64,000 nt of DNA from Myxococcota bacterium. Lineage in GTDB: Bacteria; Myxococcota; UBA4151. Below the pieces are notes generated by a model. That model ran no database searches. It was given only the letters and a program-made list of their open reading frames with translations, and was not told where the DNA came from. Each line of letters starts with the position of its first letter. Positions within the stretch are counted from its first letter, which is position 1. The position numbers were made by a program, and so were the translations under genes. Shown in pieces: positions 10,662 through 20,994 of the stretch. The stretch is taken from the NCBI GenBank assembly GCA_036338695.1, contig JAYZBQ010000048.1:192001-256000 (forward strand). The letters are read 5' to 3'.

Positions 10662-12099
10662 TCGCCTCGATCAAGCGCTCGTGGATGCCGCCAAAGGCGC
10701 CGTTGGACATGACGACCACCAGATCCCCCGGGCGCACGCTCTGCGCCACCTCACGAACGATCGTCTCGACGTCTGGGCCAAACTCGGCCTCAACGCCGCG
10801 CAGCCGCAACCCAGCGACGAGGTCTTCGGGTAAAAACCGCTCCGCCTCAGGCAGCTCGGCGGCGCGCGCATTAGCGGCGATCCAGACCCGATCGGCGGCA
10901 TCGAAGGCTTCGGTATAGGGCTGCTGAAAAACCTTCCGGCAGCTCGTCGCAGAGCGAGGCTCAAATAAAGCAAAGATACGCTGATCTGGATGCCGCTCGC
11001 GAACACCTTCAAGGGTCGTCGCCACGGCGGTTGGGTGGTGGGCGAAGTCATCGAACACGGCGACGTCGTGCGGTCGCCCGCGCAGCTCCATGCGGCGCTT
11101 GACCCCCCTAAAGGCGCGCAGTCCCTCGGCCAAGGTACCATGATCCACCCCGAGCGTTCGACACACCTCATAAGCCGCGAGCGCATTGGCGACGTTGTGC
11201 CGACCGTACACAGGAATCAGGAGGTCCCCGATCGGCTCATCGTTCCGCCAGAGACTGAGCGTGTACCCCTCATCGGTTGCGTGGAGGTCGCGCAGCTCAG
11301 GTCCTGGATAACCGCCGTACGGTCGCACCTCCAGCCCGGCGGGTGCCCGCTCGGCGGTCGCCATCGCGCCCGGATCGGTTGCGCAAGGTAAGAGGCTCCC
11401 CTGACGTGAAGCGACGAGCTGAGCGAGGAGATCAAAGGCGGCCTCGACCTCGGCGAGGTCGGCGTAGATGTCGGCGTGATCAAACTCGACGCTCGTCAGC
11501 ACGGCGGTCTGAGGTTGGTAGTGCTTAAACTTGGGGACCTTGTCGAAGTAGGCGGTGTCGTATTCATCGCCCTCGAGGACCACGAACGGTCCCTGGCCGA
11601 CGCGAAAGCTCCGGCCGAAGTTGAGGGGGATACCGCCCACGAGGAAGGTCGGGTCGAGCTTTGCGAAGTGGAGCAGATGAGCGACCATCGAGGTGGTCGT
11701 GGTTTTGCCGTGGGTGCCTGCGAGGACCACGGCATGCTTATCGTGAAGGAAGAGGGCACCGAGCGCGCGCGGAAAGCTCGTGTGGACAAAGCCTCGGTCG
11801 CGAACGGCTTGCGCCTCGGGGTTGTCACGACGGATCACGTTACCGACGATGACCAGGTCGGGCTGATGATCGAGGTTGGATGCTTTGTAGCCCTCCATCA
11901 GCTCAATGCCGAGCGCTTCAAGCTGGGTCGACATCGGCGGATAAACGCCTGCATCCGAGCCGGTCACTCGATACCCCTTAGCGCTGAGCATACCGGCAAA
12001 GGTACCCATCGCCGTGCCACAGATCCCGAGGATGTGGATCGAGCGGACGTGGCTCAGATCCGGCAAATCAGACGTATCGATGGCTTTGCTCACACGCAC
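10648..12099 (-). CDS. mpl: UDP-MurNAc:L-Ala-D-Glu-mDAP ligase (murein peptide ligase)
   Basis: HILGICGTAMG, GTHGKTTTT, EGDEYDTAYFDK, DDFAHHPTA, FEPRS. Confidence 0.92.
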   Translation of the reverse strand: MRVSKAIDTSDLPDLSHVRSIHILGICGTAMGTFAGMLSAKGYRVTGSDAGVYPPMSTQLEALGIELMEGYKASNLDHQPDLVIVGNVIRRDNPEAQAVRDRGFVHTSFPRALGALFLHDKHAVVLAGTHGKTTTTSMVAHLLHFAKLDPTFLVGGIPLNFGRSFRVGQGPFVVLEGDEYDTAYFDKVPKFKHYQPQTAVLTSVEFDHADIYADLAEVEAAFDLLAQLVASRQGSLLPCATDPGAMATAERAPAGLEVRPYGGYPGPELRDLHATDEGYTLSLWRNDEPIGDLLIPVYGRHNVANALAAYEVCRTLGVDHGTLAEGLRAFRGVKRRMELRGRPHDVAVFDDFAHHPTAVATTLEGVRERHPDQRIFALFEPRSATSCRKVFQQPYTEAFDAADRVWIAANARAAELPEAERFLPEDLVAGLRLRGVEAEFGPDVETIVREVAQSVRPGDLVVVMSNGAFGGIHERLIEAINAR

Positions 12100-12166
12100 C
12101 TCCGCTCCCTTAGGCGCTATCGGCCCCTCGCGAGCAGGTCTTTACTTGAGCACGGCGTGCGTCGCC

Positions 12167-12631
12167 CTAGACCTCAAACCCCGAGAGCTCTGCGCCCATA
12201 AAACGCAGGTACAACATCACGTCGAGGGGGTCATAGGTCTGGCTCAGCGTCGAAGCCAGCGCCTGCGCGGCGTCGGCGTCGAGCTCGCTGATCCCATCGA
12301 GTTCGGCGTCGGTCAGACCGTCTTGGTGGTCGATACCGAGCTCATCGAGCGCAGCGCCGAGCAGCGAGCGCTTACCCATCAGGTAGACCCGAATCAGCTC
12401 CTCTGCGAGCTGTTGTCCGTTGCCGTCCTCATCGCCGACGCCTGCGAAGGCTCGCTGCAGCTTCAAGATACGCGCCGGGTCTTTGCCTGGGAGCAAAGAC
12501 GACGCCGTCTTTTTCGCTTTCGGGATGGAGAAGCGAGCAAAAAGGGTCTCACGCGAGCGCCTCGGACAGGCAGCCAGCACCCGACCAAAAAACTCCTCGG
12601 GCATCTCTCGAATCAACTGCGAAGGGATCAT
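12167..12631 (-). CDS. Hypothetical protein
   Basis: 154 aa with AAGGAG RBS, typical codon usage, co-oriented with its neighbours. Confidence 0.65.
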   Translation of the reverse strand: MIPSQLIREMPEEFFGRVLAACPRRSRETLFARFSIPKAKKTASSLLPGKDPARILKLQRAFAGVGDEDGNGQQLAEELIRVYLMGKRSLLGAALDELGIDHQDGLTDAELDGISELDADAAQALASTLSQTYDPLDVMLYLRFMGAELSGFEV

Positions 12632-12700
12632 CAGCCACTCCTTACAGGGAGCGACCTAACGGAAAATCAGCGTCGGTTCTAGCGCGCCTTGCCGGCTTAT

Positions 12701-13330
12701 CTAGACCTCTTCGTCCACGCCCTGCTCAGCCTGTGCATCGAGGGTGGCGTTCTCTTGGGGCGCCACGCCATCAAGCCCTGTATCGGCCACCGTCGGCTCG
12801 GCTACGGCGGGCGCTACAAGCTCGCCGGCGTCAGCGATGGCCTGGTCGTACTCCGCGCGTTCGATGCCTCCGTTGCGGTCCGTATCGAGCGCGTCCATCC
12901 CGAGCTTGGCGGCGACCTCAGCGATGGTCGAGCGAAAGGAGGTATCTTCCGGGAGCCGGTTGAGCGTCCCACGCTCGAGCTCACGAGCCGAGATGGCGCC
13001 GTCTTTGTTCGCGTCGAGCTCGGTAAAAGCTGCGTCCGCGAGCTGGGGGTCGATCCGGCCTTGGGCGTCTTGCACGTCGCCGGGCATGACGTCCTTAGCG
13101 ACGCCGCTGAACTCGTTCCAAGTGACCTTACCGTCTTTGCTGGTGTCGAGGTTGTCGATAAACGCGGAGGACGCCTTATCGTGTACGATCCCAAAGAGAC
13201 CCGCTTTGACGCCCGCATCTTTGAGGTGGCTCTTCACCTCGCCCTTGGAGATCGCCTCGTCCTGATTGCGGTCCATCCGATTAAAGAGTCGGTCAAAGGT
13301 TTGGGGCTTGTTCCCTACGCGGTTCGGCAT
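12701..13330 (-). CDS. Four-EF-hand (calmodulin-like) calcium-binding protein
   Basis: Loops DRNQDEAISKGE, DTSKDGKVTWNE, DANKDGAISARE, DTDRNGGIERAE. GGAGGG RBS before ATG 13330. Confidence 0.85.
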   Translation of the reverse strand: MPNRVGNKPQTFDRLFNRMDRNQDEAISKGEVKSHLKDAGVKAGLFGIVHDKASSAFIDNLDTSKDGKVTWNEFSGVAKDVMPGDVQDAQGRIDPQLADAAFTELDANKDGAISARELERGTLNRLPEDTSFRSTIAEVAAKLGMDALDTDRNGGIERAEYDQAIADAGELVAPAVAEPTVADTGLDGVAPQENATLDAQAEQGVDEEV

Positions 13331-13426
13331 GGTCCCTCCGTCTCTAGGGAGCATTATCGTCACAACGGGGCATAAGTTGCCAGGGGTCGAGCGAAATTTC
13401 TGTGCCTGCGCTGCCCGCGCACGACC

Positions 13427-14311
13427 TCACGTCTTGTCGTCCTCAACAAAGGCGAGGACCTCCGAGAGGCGATCGATAGGCAGCGTCACTCGGTTGCGCA
13501 TCCCACCGCCGAGCCCAAAGACCGCCGTCAGGTCAATGGGGTTGTCGAGCGCCGTGGCGACGCTCACGCGCCCATCACCCCCTACAAAAACGCCATACTC
13601 GGCACGCTCCTGCGCTAGCAAAAGCGCCTGCGTGCGATCAATTTTACGCTTCGCTTGACGGACATCCACCCACCACGCCCGCCCCACGCGCTCGCCCTTG
13701 AGCACCGACGCCACGGTGCGCTCGACTCGTTGCGCATACTTGGCCGCCGCTTCATCAACGGCGCGCGCAACCGCAACCGGCTCAGCAGGGCGGGTGAGGC
13801 TCGTGAGCACCATACGCAACATCGGCTCATCGTGACGTACAGCCAAGGCAGCTGCGAGGCGCTCCGCGCGTGCGCTCGCCACGCCGACGCGCGAGTCGAT
13901 GGCGCGGGCGTCGGCGTCGCAGCCAGGGTAGGGCTCGACGCCCCCGTTTAGGAACTTGGCAGCGGACGCGATCCCGTCAAAATCCGAGTGGCAGACGATG
14001 GTGTCCACCGAGCCGGCTTGCGCCACGCGCTCAGGGGTGACCAGCTCCGGGCAGCCGGGGTGTGCCGCCCTCGGGACCAACACAAAGCGCGCATCCTCGA
14101 TGTAGTCGCCATGGCGCTCATGGGTGTGGTGATCAATCCACAGCTTGAGGCGGTCCCCCAACCCTAGGATAAACGGCTCCGTGATCCGCTCAAAACTGCG
14201 GCTCCCTTGCGTGGCGCAAAAACCGATATCGAGCACGACCACGGCCTGTCCCAGCTCTGAAGGAGCAGGCAACCGATAAGGCGCCGCAAAGAAAACATCT
14301 GCGTCGATCAT
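13427..14311 (-). CDS. DHH-family phosphoesterase-like protein
   Basis: WIDHH and HSDFDG motifs; GGG near the C-terminus. Confidence 0.7.
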   Translation of the reverse strand: MIDADVFFAAPYRLPAPSELGQAVVVLDIGFCATQGSRSFERITEPFILGLGDRLKLWIDHHTHERHGDYIEDARFVLVPRAAHPGCPELVTPERVAQAGSVDTIVCHSDFDGIASAAKFLNGGVEPYPGCDADARAIDSRVGVASARAERLAAALAVRHDEPMLRMVLTSLTRPAEPVAVARAVDEAAAKYAQRVERTVASVLKGERVGRAWWVDVRQAKRKIDRTQALLLAQERAEYGVFVGGDGRVSVATALDNPIDLTAVFGLGGGMRNRVTLPIDRLSEVLAFVEDDKT

Positions 14312-14320
14312 GGTCTGATC

Positions 14321-15082
14321 CTACCGTGCCAGGAAGCCGCTGACGACCTCGGCAAAGGTCTTTGGGTCCTCGACCGGCACGGCGTGCCCAAGCCCCTCGA
14401 GCGCGACGAACCCACCCCGCTGCAGACGCTGCGCGTTGCGCTGCTGCTCGACGGCGAGCGCAAAGCGGTCCTCAGCGCCGGCGACCACCAGCGTCTCCGT
14501 CACCAACGCCTCGAGCTGAGGGGGGTGATCGTTGAGAATCCCGAGGATCAGGCTCCGGATCCCTTCGGCGCTGTTGCGACGCACGGTCGCCTGAACCATC
14601 TGCGCCGGCTCCACGCCCCGCAGCAGACCATCACCGATAATCCAAGGCATCGCCGCCCACCCAAGCGCCTCGAGGCCGCCTCGATCAAGCGCCTCCAACC
14701 ATGACTCAACGACCAACCGCGCGACCGTCCCAGCCCCCAAACTTGTGGAGGTCAGCACCAGCTTGTTTACCCGCTCCGGCTGACTCGACGCCATCTGCAG
14801 CGCCACGCGCCCGCCATACGAAAACCCGCACAGGTCGAGGGAGCGGATGCCGAGACCATCCAACCACCGCCAGACGACCTGTGCCTGCGCCTCGGGAGTC
14901 CCGCTAGGAAGCGGCTCCGTCCCCGCTTGGCCGGGAAGATCCGTGAGCAATACGCCGTGCCCGAGTGTCGCGAGGGCGCGGCCTGCCGTCGTCCAGTTCG
15001 CGGTCGTCTGGGTCAATCCGTTGAGGCAAAGGAGCGGCGGCCCCTCACCGAGGCGCCTGAGCTTGAGGGTGCGCTCAGTCAT
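14321..15082 (-). CDS. Alpha/beta-fold hydrolase
   Basis: DLPGQ, nucleophile GFSYG, acid GAED, His in GHAV. Confidence 0.88.
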   Translation of the reverse strand: MTERTLKLRRLGEGPPLLCLNGLTQTTANWTTAGRALATLGHGVLLTDLPGQAGTEPLPSGTPEAQAQVVWRWLDGLGIRSLDLCGFSYGGRVALQMASSQPERVNKLVLTSTSLGAGTVARLVVESWLEALDRGGLEALGWAAMPWIIGDGLLRGVEPAQMVQATVRRNSAEGIRSLILGILNDHPPQLEALVTETLVVAGAEDRFALAVEQQRNAQRLQRGGFVALEGLGHAVPVEDPKTFAEVVSGFLAR

Positions 15083-16130
15083 CTCGACGCAGATCCGGTG
15101 GGCTCTTGATCCCCTGTTCCACGCTTCGAGCCGGCGCAGCCCCCAGCTCGAGCGGCCGATCCAGCGTCACCCAGTCCATCCCGCCGCGTCCGTCTGCGAC
15201 CACAAACCAGAGGCGAACCCGTGCGGGCACCGCCTCCGTGCGCCCTTGGGTGTTGAGCGCCCAGGTCACCTCGACCGGGTAGTATTCGGGCTCCTCGGCG
15301 GTCGAGTCGAAGGTACGCACCGGCTTCTGGTCGGCGCCGAAACGGCCGTCGGTTCGGTAAAACCTCATGTTCATGCGCTCGCGCCGCTCCTCGATGCGCA
15401 CGCGCTCTTCGATCTCCTCGGGCGTCAGGCTGTCGGCTTGGCTCGGGTCAACGCCGGTAAAATCGATACGCAGCGCTTGGAAGTCTTGCCGGTGTACTTT
15501 GTCGATGGCGAGCCGAAACAGGTAATCCGTATTGGCTTGAAGCGCCGCCTCCTCGGCGACGGGCGTGAGCACATTTTGTGCATCGAGGGTGAACACCTCA
15601 AGCGGCGGCAACACGGGGTTACGGTTTCGTGTCATCTCAAAAAACTGATCGGCGGTCGGGTCGGCCGGGTTGGGCGCCGGTTTGACCACCAGGCGCTTGA
15701 ACGCACGGTCTTGCTCACCGCCTAAGCGATCTTTGATCTCAAGCGTGAGCCGCTTCCAATACCCCGCGACGAAGTTGAATTGCTCGACCTCCTCTTGCGG
15801 CAGGGTCTCTGGGACCGCGTAGACGAGCTCATCGGCGGTGCTGATCACCCGCTCGCGGCTGCGATCACGGCACCAATCTCGGCTCTCACCCCCGTCGCCC
15901 CCCTCATCATCGAGGCGCTCACAGTCGAGCCAGGTCGAGTCGATCACCCCGTCAAAACCCACCGGCAGTGCCACTAGCGGGGTCACCCTGACGGTGTCGC
16001 CGATGCGCGCCTCGGGCGGCTCGATCTTCATGGCCAGCACGCGGGGGCGATAGATGTCCCCTTCCGACTCCAGCTCATACACCGTGCACGCGCTCGTCAG
16101 CAGCAACGCCAGTCCGAACCACCTCACCAT
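15075..16130 (-). CDS. Lipoprotein, probable partner of the TonB-dependent receptor
   Basis: Lipobox LTSAC; PRVLA.K.EPPE N-terminal and VVADGRGG C-terminal motifs. Overlaps the receptor stop. Confidence 0.75.
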   Translation of the reverse strand: MVRWFGLALLLTSACTVYELESEGDIYRPRVLAMKIEPPEARIGDTVRVTPLVALPVGFDGVIDSTWLDCERLDDEGGDGGESRDWCRDRSRERVISTADELVYAVPETLPQEEVEQFNFVAGYWKRLTLEIKDRLGGEQDRAFKRLVVKPAPNPADPTADQFFEMTRNRNPVLPPLEVFTLDAQNVLTPVAEEAALQANTDYLFRLAIDKVHRQDFQALRIDFTGVDPSQADSLTPEEIEERVRIEERRERMNMRFYRTDGRFGADQKPVRTFDSTAEEPEYYPVEVTWALNTQGRTEAVPARVRLWFVVADGRGGMDWVTLDRPLELGAAPARSVEQGIKSPPDLRRDD

Positions 16131-18727
16131 GACCACTCGATTCCAAAGCTCGGGAAGAAAGGTACCCCAGCGATCCCCGAGTAGGCACGCTGGTCATACT
16201 GATAGATGTAGAACTCGATGTTTTGACGGTTGGTGAGGTTGAGCACGTCGACGTACCAGATAAACGCGTTGCGCTTCTCGGAGCTCTTTTTCTCGAGGCG
16301 CAGGTCCATCTGAAAGAAGTCCGGCAAGCGGTCACTGCGGCGCTCGCCGCGCAACGGACGATAAAAGCGGGCGTCGACATCGAAGCGGGCGCCAAAGCGA
16401 GGTGTTGTGGGGTTCCCCGTGATCCAACGAACCGTCGTCCCAAGCGACCAGCCACGACCCCACTTGTAGCCTAAAACCGATGACAAAATATGCGTCTGAT
16501 CCAGCGCAAACAACGTCCACCCCTCGTCCGGGTCGCCGCGGTCAAAGCGCTCCGAGCGGCTCAAAGTGTAGGCGAGCCAGCCGTACAGGGGCCGCGGGCT
16601 TGGGCGATGCCTCAACATCACCTCAACGCCGTACGCCCGCCCGTCACCGTTGTTGATCAGCCCAGGCTCTGAGCCGCCGGCGACAAAGTCAGGGTTCCCG
16701 CCGACGAGGTCGAACATCTTTTTGTAAAACAAGGTGAGGTCCGCGTGAAAGAACGGGTCAGGACGATACTCGTACCCCAAGCCGTACTGCCACGTGCCTT
16801 TGAGCTTGAGCTCGGGGTTACCAAAACTATCCGACAGCTCTTGCGGCTCCGGCAGCTTGGAGTACTTACCGCCGCTCATCTTGAGCAGGTGGCGATCTTT
16901 GGGCGCCAACATCAGCCGAGCCTGAAGCCGAGGCTCCACCGAATAACGCCGCTGACCCTCCCAGACATAGGCGTCAAAGCGCACGCCCGGGAGCAGCGTG
17001 AGCCGACCGAACAGACGAGTCCTGAGGGTCGTGTGCAGACCATAACCCGCTCCTCGGTCCGACTCGTCGGTTTTGACGACGCCGAGATCCTCGGTGACGG
17101 CGCCGCCGGGGAACGTGCGCTCAAAACCTCCAAACACGGGCAGCTGCGTCTCGAGACCCAAGTTCTGAAAGCCTAGGTCGACGCCAGTGACGACATGCGT
17201 CTGTTTCGAGAAGCTGTACTTCAGATCCGAGCGGATCCCCAGCTCATAGATCCCAGCGTCCCAGTAGATGTCTTCGCCGAACTCACCGCCGGTGAACTGA
17301 TACCCCAGAAAGACCAACCCCTTGAGCTCAAGCGGTTTGGAGAGCTTGACGCGCCCATCGGCGACGAGTCGATGGACGCCGCCATGGATACCGAGACCGG
17401 GCGGCTCACCGTTGCGCCGGGCGGCGTCATCATCGGTCGCAGCGAGCACGAGGACGTCGTCGTACCCGTACATACGAACGCCCGCTCGCGTGCCCCCCTT
17501 TTTGTAGTCGAGTCGCGCCTGATAATCCCAGTAGATCGGTTGGATGCTCGCGTCCGGACCGCCCACCACGCTGGTCGCGAGCGGCAGCAAGACGTCGATG
17601 TACGATCGTCGACCGCTCAAACCGAAGCTCAAGTCCTTACGGCCTGCGACCGGCCCCTCGAGGCGAAACCCTGAATCGAGAAGGTCAACGTCGATCTTTC
17701 CGGACAGCCGGTCGCCCTTGGCGGGGCGGGAGCGCACCTCCACGATGCCGGCGATCGAGCGCCCGTAATGCGCCCCGAAGCCGCCAGGCAAAAAGTCCAG
17801 CTGATCGACAAAGTCGGGGTGAATCACCGACGGGCCGCCGCCTAGGTGAAAGAGCGCAGGGATCGGCACACCGTCCAGGTAGTAGCCGCTATCTTGTGGC
17901 TCTGCCCCGCGCACGACCAGACCGCCGCCGCCGCCGAGGAAGGGCGTTCGGGCGACCCCCGGCAGACGCTCAACGGCGCGGATGGGGTCCCCGAAGGTGC
18001 CCGGGACGCGCCCGAGTTCTTCAGCCTCCAGGATGCGCCGCGTCATGTGCGTCTCTTCCTTGCGACCCCGCACCACGGTGCGCAGCGCATTGCTCGCCCG
18101 CGGGCTGAGATACAGGGTCAGCTCGACCGCCTCATTCGGTTTCAAGGTGATCTCTTGCTGACGCGGAAAATAGCCGGGCGCGCTCGCTTGAAGGGTGCAC
18201 AACCCATCAGCGACCCCGCGTAACGCAAACCGCCCGCGCTCATCGGCTTGTGCGTCGACGTCTTGCCCGACGCAAGTCACATCAGCCGATGCGAGCACCA
18301 CCCCCGTTCCACCTTCGCGGATCCTCCCACTGATCCTCACGGGCTTGGGCTTTTCAACCTTCGACGCCTCAGGCGCAGGGTGCTGAAAATCAGCCTGCCA
18401 GGTGATGCGAACGGGGACCGTCCCTTGGGCGGTGGCGCCCGGGATAAAGGTGTAGTGCGGCATCACCGCAAACGCAGCCTGCGCAAACGCTGGGTCGTCA
18501 CAGGTCTGAACGGTGATCTCCTGGACTAACCCCGCGTCGTCGATGTCAACGATGAGGACACACGAGCCGTCTTTCCCTGTCCCGATGAGGGCTTGAGGGT
18601 ATTCTGGGTTCTGGCCGTTGATCAGCTCGGGCATCTGGATGAGGCCGCCAGCTGGCGCTGGCGCCGCATCGGGGGCGCCGGCGTTCGAGTCTGTGTTGAG
18701 CGCCGCCAAGAGAGCGAAAACCAGCAC
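16124..18727 (-). CDS. TonB-dependent receptor with N-terminal TonB-C-like and carboxypeptidase-regulatory-like domains
   Basis: PEYP..G.C.L...ID..G.V TonB-C pattern; plug PGTFGDP.RAV..LPGV; beta-barrel ending GIEWSW. Confidence 0.9.
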   Translation of the reverse strand: MLVFALLAALNTDSNAGAPDAAPAPAGGLIQMPELINGQNPEYPQALIGTGKDGSCVLIVDIDDAGLVQEITVQTCDDPAFAQAAFAVMPHYTFIPGATAQGTVPVRITWQADFQHPAPEASKVEKPKPVRISGRIREGGTGVVLASADVTCVGQDVDAQADERGRFALRGVADGLCTLQASAPGYFPRQQEITLKPNEAVELTLYLSPRASNALRTVVRGRKEETHMTRRILEAEELGRVPGTFGDPIRAVERLPGVARTPFLGGGGGLVVRGAEPQDSGYYLDGVPIPALFHLGGGPSVIHPDFVDQLDFLPGGFGAHYGRSIAGIVEVRSRPAKGDRLSGKIDVDLLDSGFRLEGPVAGRKDLSFGLSGRRSYIDVLLPLATSVVGGPDASIQPIYWDYQARLDYKKGGTRAGVRMYGYDDVLVLAATDDDAARRNGEPPGLGIHGGVHRLVADGRVKLSKPLELKGLVFLGYQFTGGEFGEDIYWDAGIYELGIRSDLKYSFSKQTHVVTGVDLGFQNLGLETQLPVFGGFERTFPGGAVTEDLGVVKTDESDRGAGYGLHTTLRTRLFGRLTLLPGVRFDAYVWEGQRRYSVEPRLQARLMLAPKDRHLLKMSGGKYSKLPEPQELSDSFGNPELKLKGTWQYGLGYEYRPDPFFHADLTLFYKKMFDLVGGNPDFVAGGSEPGLINNGDGRAYGVEVMLRHRPSPRPLYGWLAYTLSRSERFDRGDPDEGWTLFALDQTHILSSVLGYKWGRGWSLGTTVRWITGNPTTPRFGARFDVDARFYRPLRGERRSDRLPDFFQMDLRLEKKSSEKRNAFIWYVDVLNLTNRQNIEFYIYQYDQRAYSGIAGVPFFPSFGIEWSW

Positions 18728-18845
18728 CTATTCGACCTCCACGAGCGGGGTAGCCGCAAATGACAGGGCTTGCCAATTGAGATCGAGGACTTGTGGACGG
18801 CTGCAGGCTGCCTACGTTGAGACTCGCGCCACGCGAGGTGAGACG

Positions 18846-19907
18846 ATGAGCCAAGACTATTACGAGGTACTCGGTGTTGACCGCAACGCCGACGCCCGGA
18901 CCATCAAAAAGGCGTACCGCAAAATCGCGCTCGCCAACCACCCCGACCAAAACCCAGACGACGCCGAAGCCGAGGCGCGCTTTCGCGCCGCGAGCCAAGC
19001 CTATTCAGTGCTCAGCGATGACGAGAAGCGCAGCCTGTACGATCAATACGGGGAGGCAGGCCTGAGCGGTGGCGGACCGAGCATGCACAACATCAACATC
19101 GAGGATATCTTCGGCAGCTTCGGCGATATCTTTGAGGGCATGTTCGGCGGCAGCGGTCGGCGCCAGCAGGGACCACGGCGTGGCGCAGACTTGCGCATTC
19201 GCGTCCCGGTGACTTGGCAACAAACGATCGACGGCGCCTCTCGCAGCCTCAACATCCCTCGGCATGACGCCTGCGGTTCGTGCGAGGGGACCGGCTCGGC
19301 GAGCAAAGCGCCACCGACGCTCTGCGGTCACTGCGGCGGCAGCGGGCAGGTGGCAGCGCGCCAAGGCTTCTTTGTGATGTCGACGCCCTGTCCCCACTGC
19401 TCAGGACAGGGCTACGTCATCGCCGACCCCTGCTCGGCCTGCGCTGGGACCGGCAAAGAGCGGACCGAGGCCACGGTCAAGATCGACATCCCAGCGGGCG
19501 TCGACAATGGCATGCAGATGCGCCTACGCGGCGAAGGCGAGCTCGGCGATCCGGGTCAAGCGCGCGGTGACCTCTTGGTCGTCTTCCAGACCCAACCGCC
19601 TCCCGACGGCTGGGAGCGAGACCGAAAAGACCTGCACCACCTACTGCCCCTAGAGCTTCCGGATGCGGTGCTCGGCGCCCAACACACCATCGAGGGCCCT
19701 CGCGGCGAGCTCAAAGTCACCGTGCCCGCCGGCGCGAGCGAAGGGCAGACGATCACCCTGCGCGGCGAAGGGCTCGATGACGTTGAAGGCGGCCGGCGCG
19801 GTCACGTCGTCCTGCACGTGGGCTTGTCGGTCCCTCAAAAGCTGAGCCGGCAGCAACGCAAGGCGTGGGAGAAGCTGCGAGAGCAGTCGCGGTCGTCACG
19901 CCACTAG
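18846..19907 (+). CDS. dnaJ: Chaperone DnaJ
   Basis: [13 protein letters not shown] region, four CxxCxGxG motifs. Confidence 0.93.
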   Translation: MSQDYYEVLGVDRNADARTIKKAYRKIALANHPDQNPDDAEAEARFRAASQAYSVLSDDEKRSLYDQYGEAGLSGGGPSMHNINIEDIFGSFGDIFEGMFGGSGRRQQGPRRGADLRIRVPVTWQQTIDGASRSLNIPRHDACGSCEGTGSASKAPPTLCGHCGGSGQVAARQGFFVMSTPCPHCSGQGYVIADPCSACAGTGKERTEATVKIDIPAGVDNGMQMRLRGEGELGDPGQARGDLLVVFQTQPPPDGWERDRKDLHHLLPLELPDAVLGAQHTIEGPRGELKVTVPAGASEGQTITLRGEGLDDVEGGRRGHVVLHVGLSVPQKLSRQQRKAWEKLREQSRSSRH

Positions 19908-20249
19908 GCGGGCGCAGCGCAGCCCCGCCCAGACCGCCAGCAAACCGCCGACGACGCTGATCACGGCGTAGGTCAGCACCAGCGAGAGCGGCTTCGTCTC
20001 GAGCAGCTCGACCATGAAGGTCGAAAAAGTCGTCAGGGCGCCGCACAAACCCGCCACAACAAACAGATAAAGCAGAGAATCGTGGCGAACCAGGCTCATG
20101 ATCAGGCCAGCCGTAAAACAACCGACTAGGTTGGCGGCAAGGGTGCCTACAGGGAGCGCCTGCCCATGGTTGAGCCCGCCGAGCGCCCACCTCAGCGCGG
20201 CGCCCATCGCCCCCCCCAACATTACAACAAGATACTGTTTTAACAGCAA
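19896..20249 (-). CDS. crcB: Fluoride efflux channel FluC/CrcB
   Basis: [30 protein letters not shown]. Confidence 0.9.
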   Translation of the reverse strand: MLLKQYLVVMLGGAMGAALRWALGGLNHGQALPVGTLAANLVGCFTAGLIMSLVRHDSLLYLFVVAGLCGALTTFSTFMVELLETKPLSLVLTYAVISVVGGLLAVWAGLRCARLVA

Positions 20250-20290
20250 AATAGACTGTCTCGCCGGGCTGGAAATAGACTTCTGATCGG

Positions 20291-20320
20291 ACGCTAATGC
20301 TGGCGCAGATCGCTTGTCAA
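20291..20320 (-). promoter_or_regulatory. Putative sigma70 promoter for crcB
   Basis: Minus strand reads TTGACA-18 nt-TAGCGT. Confidence 0.5.
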
Positions 20321-20415
20321 TAGCGACGCGAAAAGCTCGGACTTCCGAACTGGAGGCCCGCCGTTTTATCTGCTATGCTGCCCAAAGCAGGGTGCCCTGG
20401 CACCAAGGAGGCTTA

Positions 20416-20931
20416 ATGCAGGATCTTGAATTCGCTGTCGGTGACCTGGCGGTCTACCCAGCCCAAGGCGTAGCGAAAGTGGTCGCGATCGAATCCAGAG
20501 AACTGGGCGGTCAGGAGTCAACCTTCTACGTCCTGCGCGTGCTCGACAACAACATGCGCGTGATGGTCCCAGTGACCAAGTCGGTTCAGGTCGGACTGCG
20601 CGGCTTGGTAGGCGATGACGAGATCGAAGCCGTGTACGAGATCCTCCGAACTCGTGAGCTTGCGGTCGATCGGACGACGTGGAACCGCCGGCAGCGCGAG
20701 TACACGGAGAAGATCCGCTCAGGGTCGATCTTTGAGGTCGCTGAGGTGATGCGAGATCTCTGCCTGCTCCGCACCGGGAAAGACCTCAGCTTTGGTGAGC
20801 GGAAGATGCTCGATACCGCTAAGGGTCTGCTGCTCAATGAGCTCAGCGTGGCGCGCGACATCGACCCGCAGATCATTGAGGATGAGTTTGAAGAGATCTT
20901 CGTAGAGGCAGACCCGGAGGCGGTCGCCTAA
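20416..20931 (+). CDS. cdnL: CarD/CdnL-family RNA polymerase-binding regulator
   Basis: F.VGD.AVYP.QGV, WNRR.REY.EKI.SG, LSFGERKML. AAGGAGG RBS. Confidence 0.92.
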   Translation: MQDLEFAVGDLAVYPAQGVAKVVAIESRELGGQESTFYVLRVLDNNMRVMVPVTKSVQVGLRGLVGDDEIEAVYEILRTRELAVDRTTWNRRQREYTEKIRSGSIFEVAEVMRDLCLLRTGKDLSFGERKMLDTAKGLLLNELSVARDIDPQIIEDEFEEIFVEADPEAVA

Positions 20932-20959
20932 CGCATTCGAGCGGCTTAACGAACCGAGC

Positions 20960-20994
20960 AGACACGCGCCGACCGCCGGCGCGTGTCTTTTTTT
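20960..20994 (+). terminator. Intrinsic terminator after cdnL
   Basis: AGACACGCGCCG-accgc-CGGCGCGTGTCT followed by a T run. Confidence 0.85.

Noticed and set aside
20250..20410. Fluoride riboswitch upstream of crcB
   Set aside because: No GGCGATGG..TTCGCC / CTGATG pattern on the minus strand.
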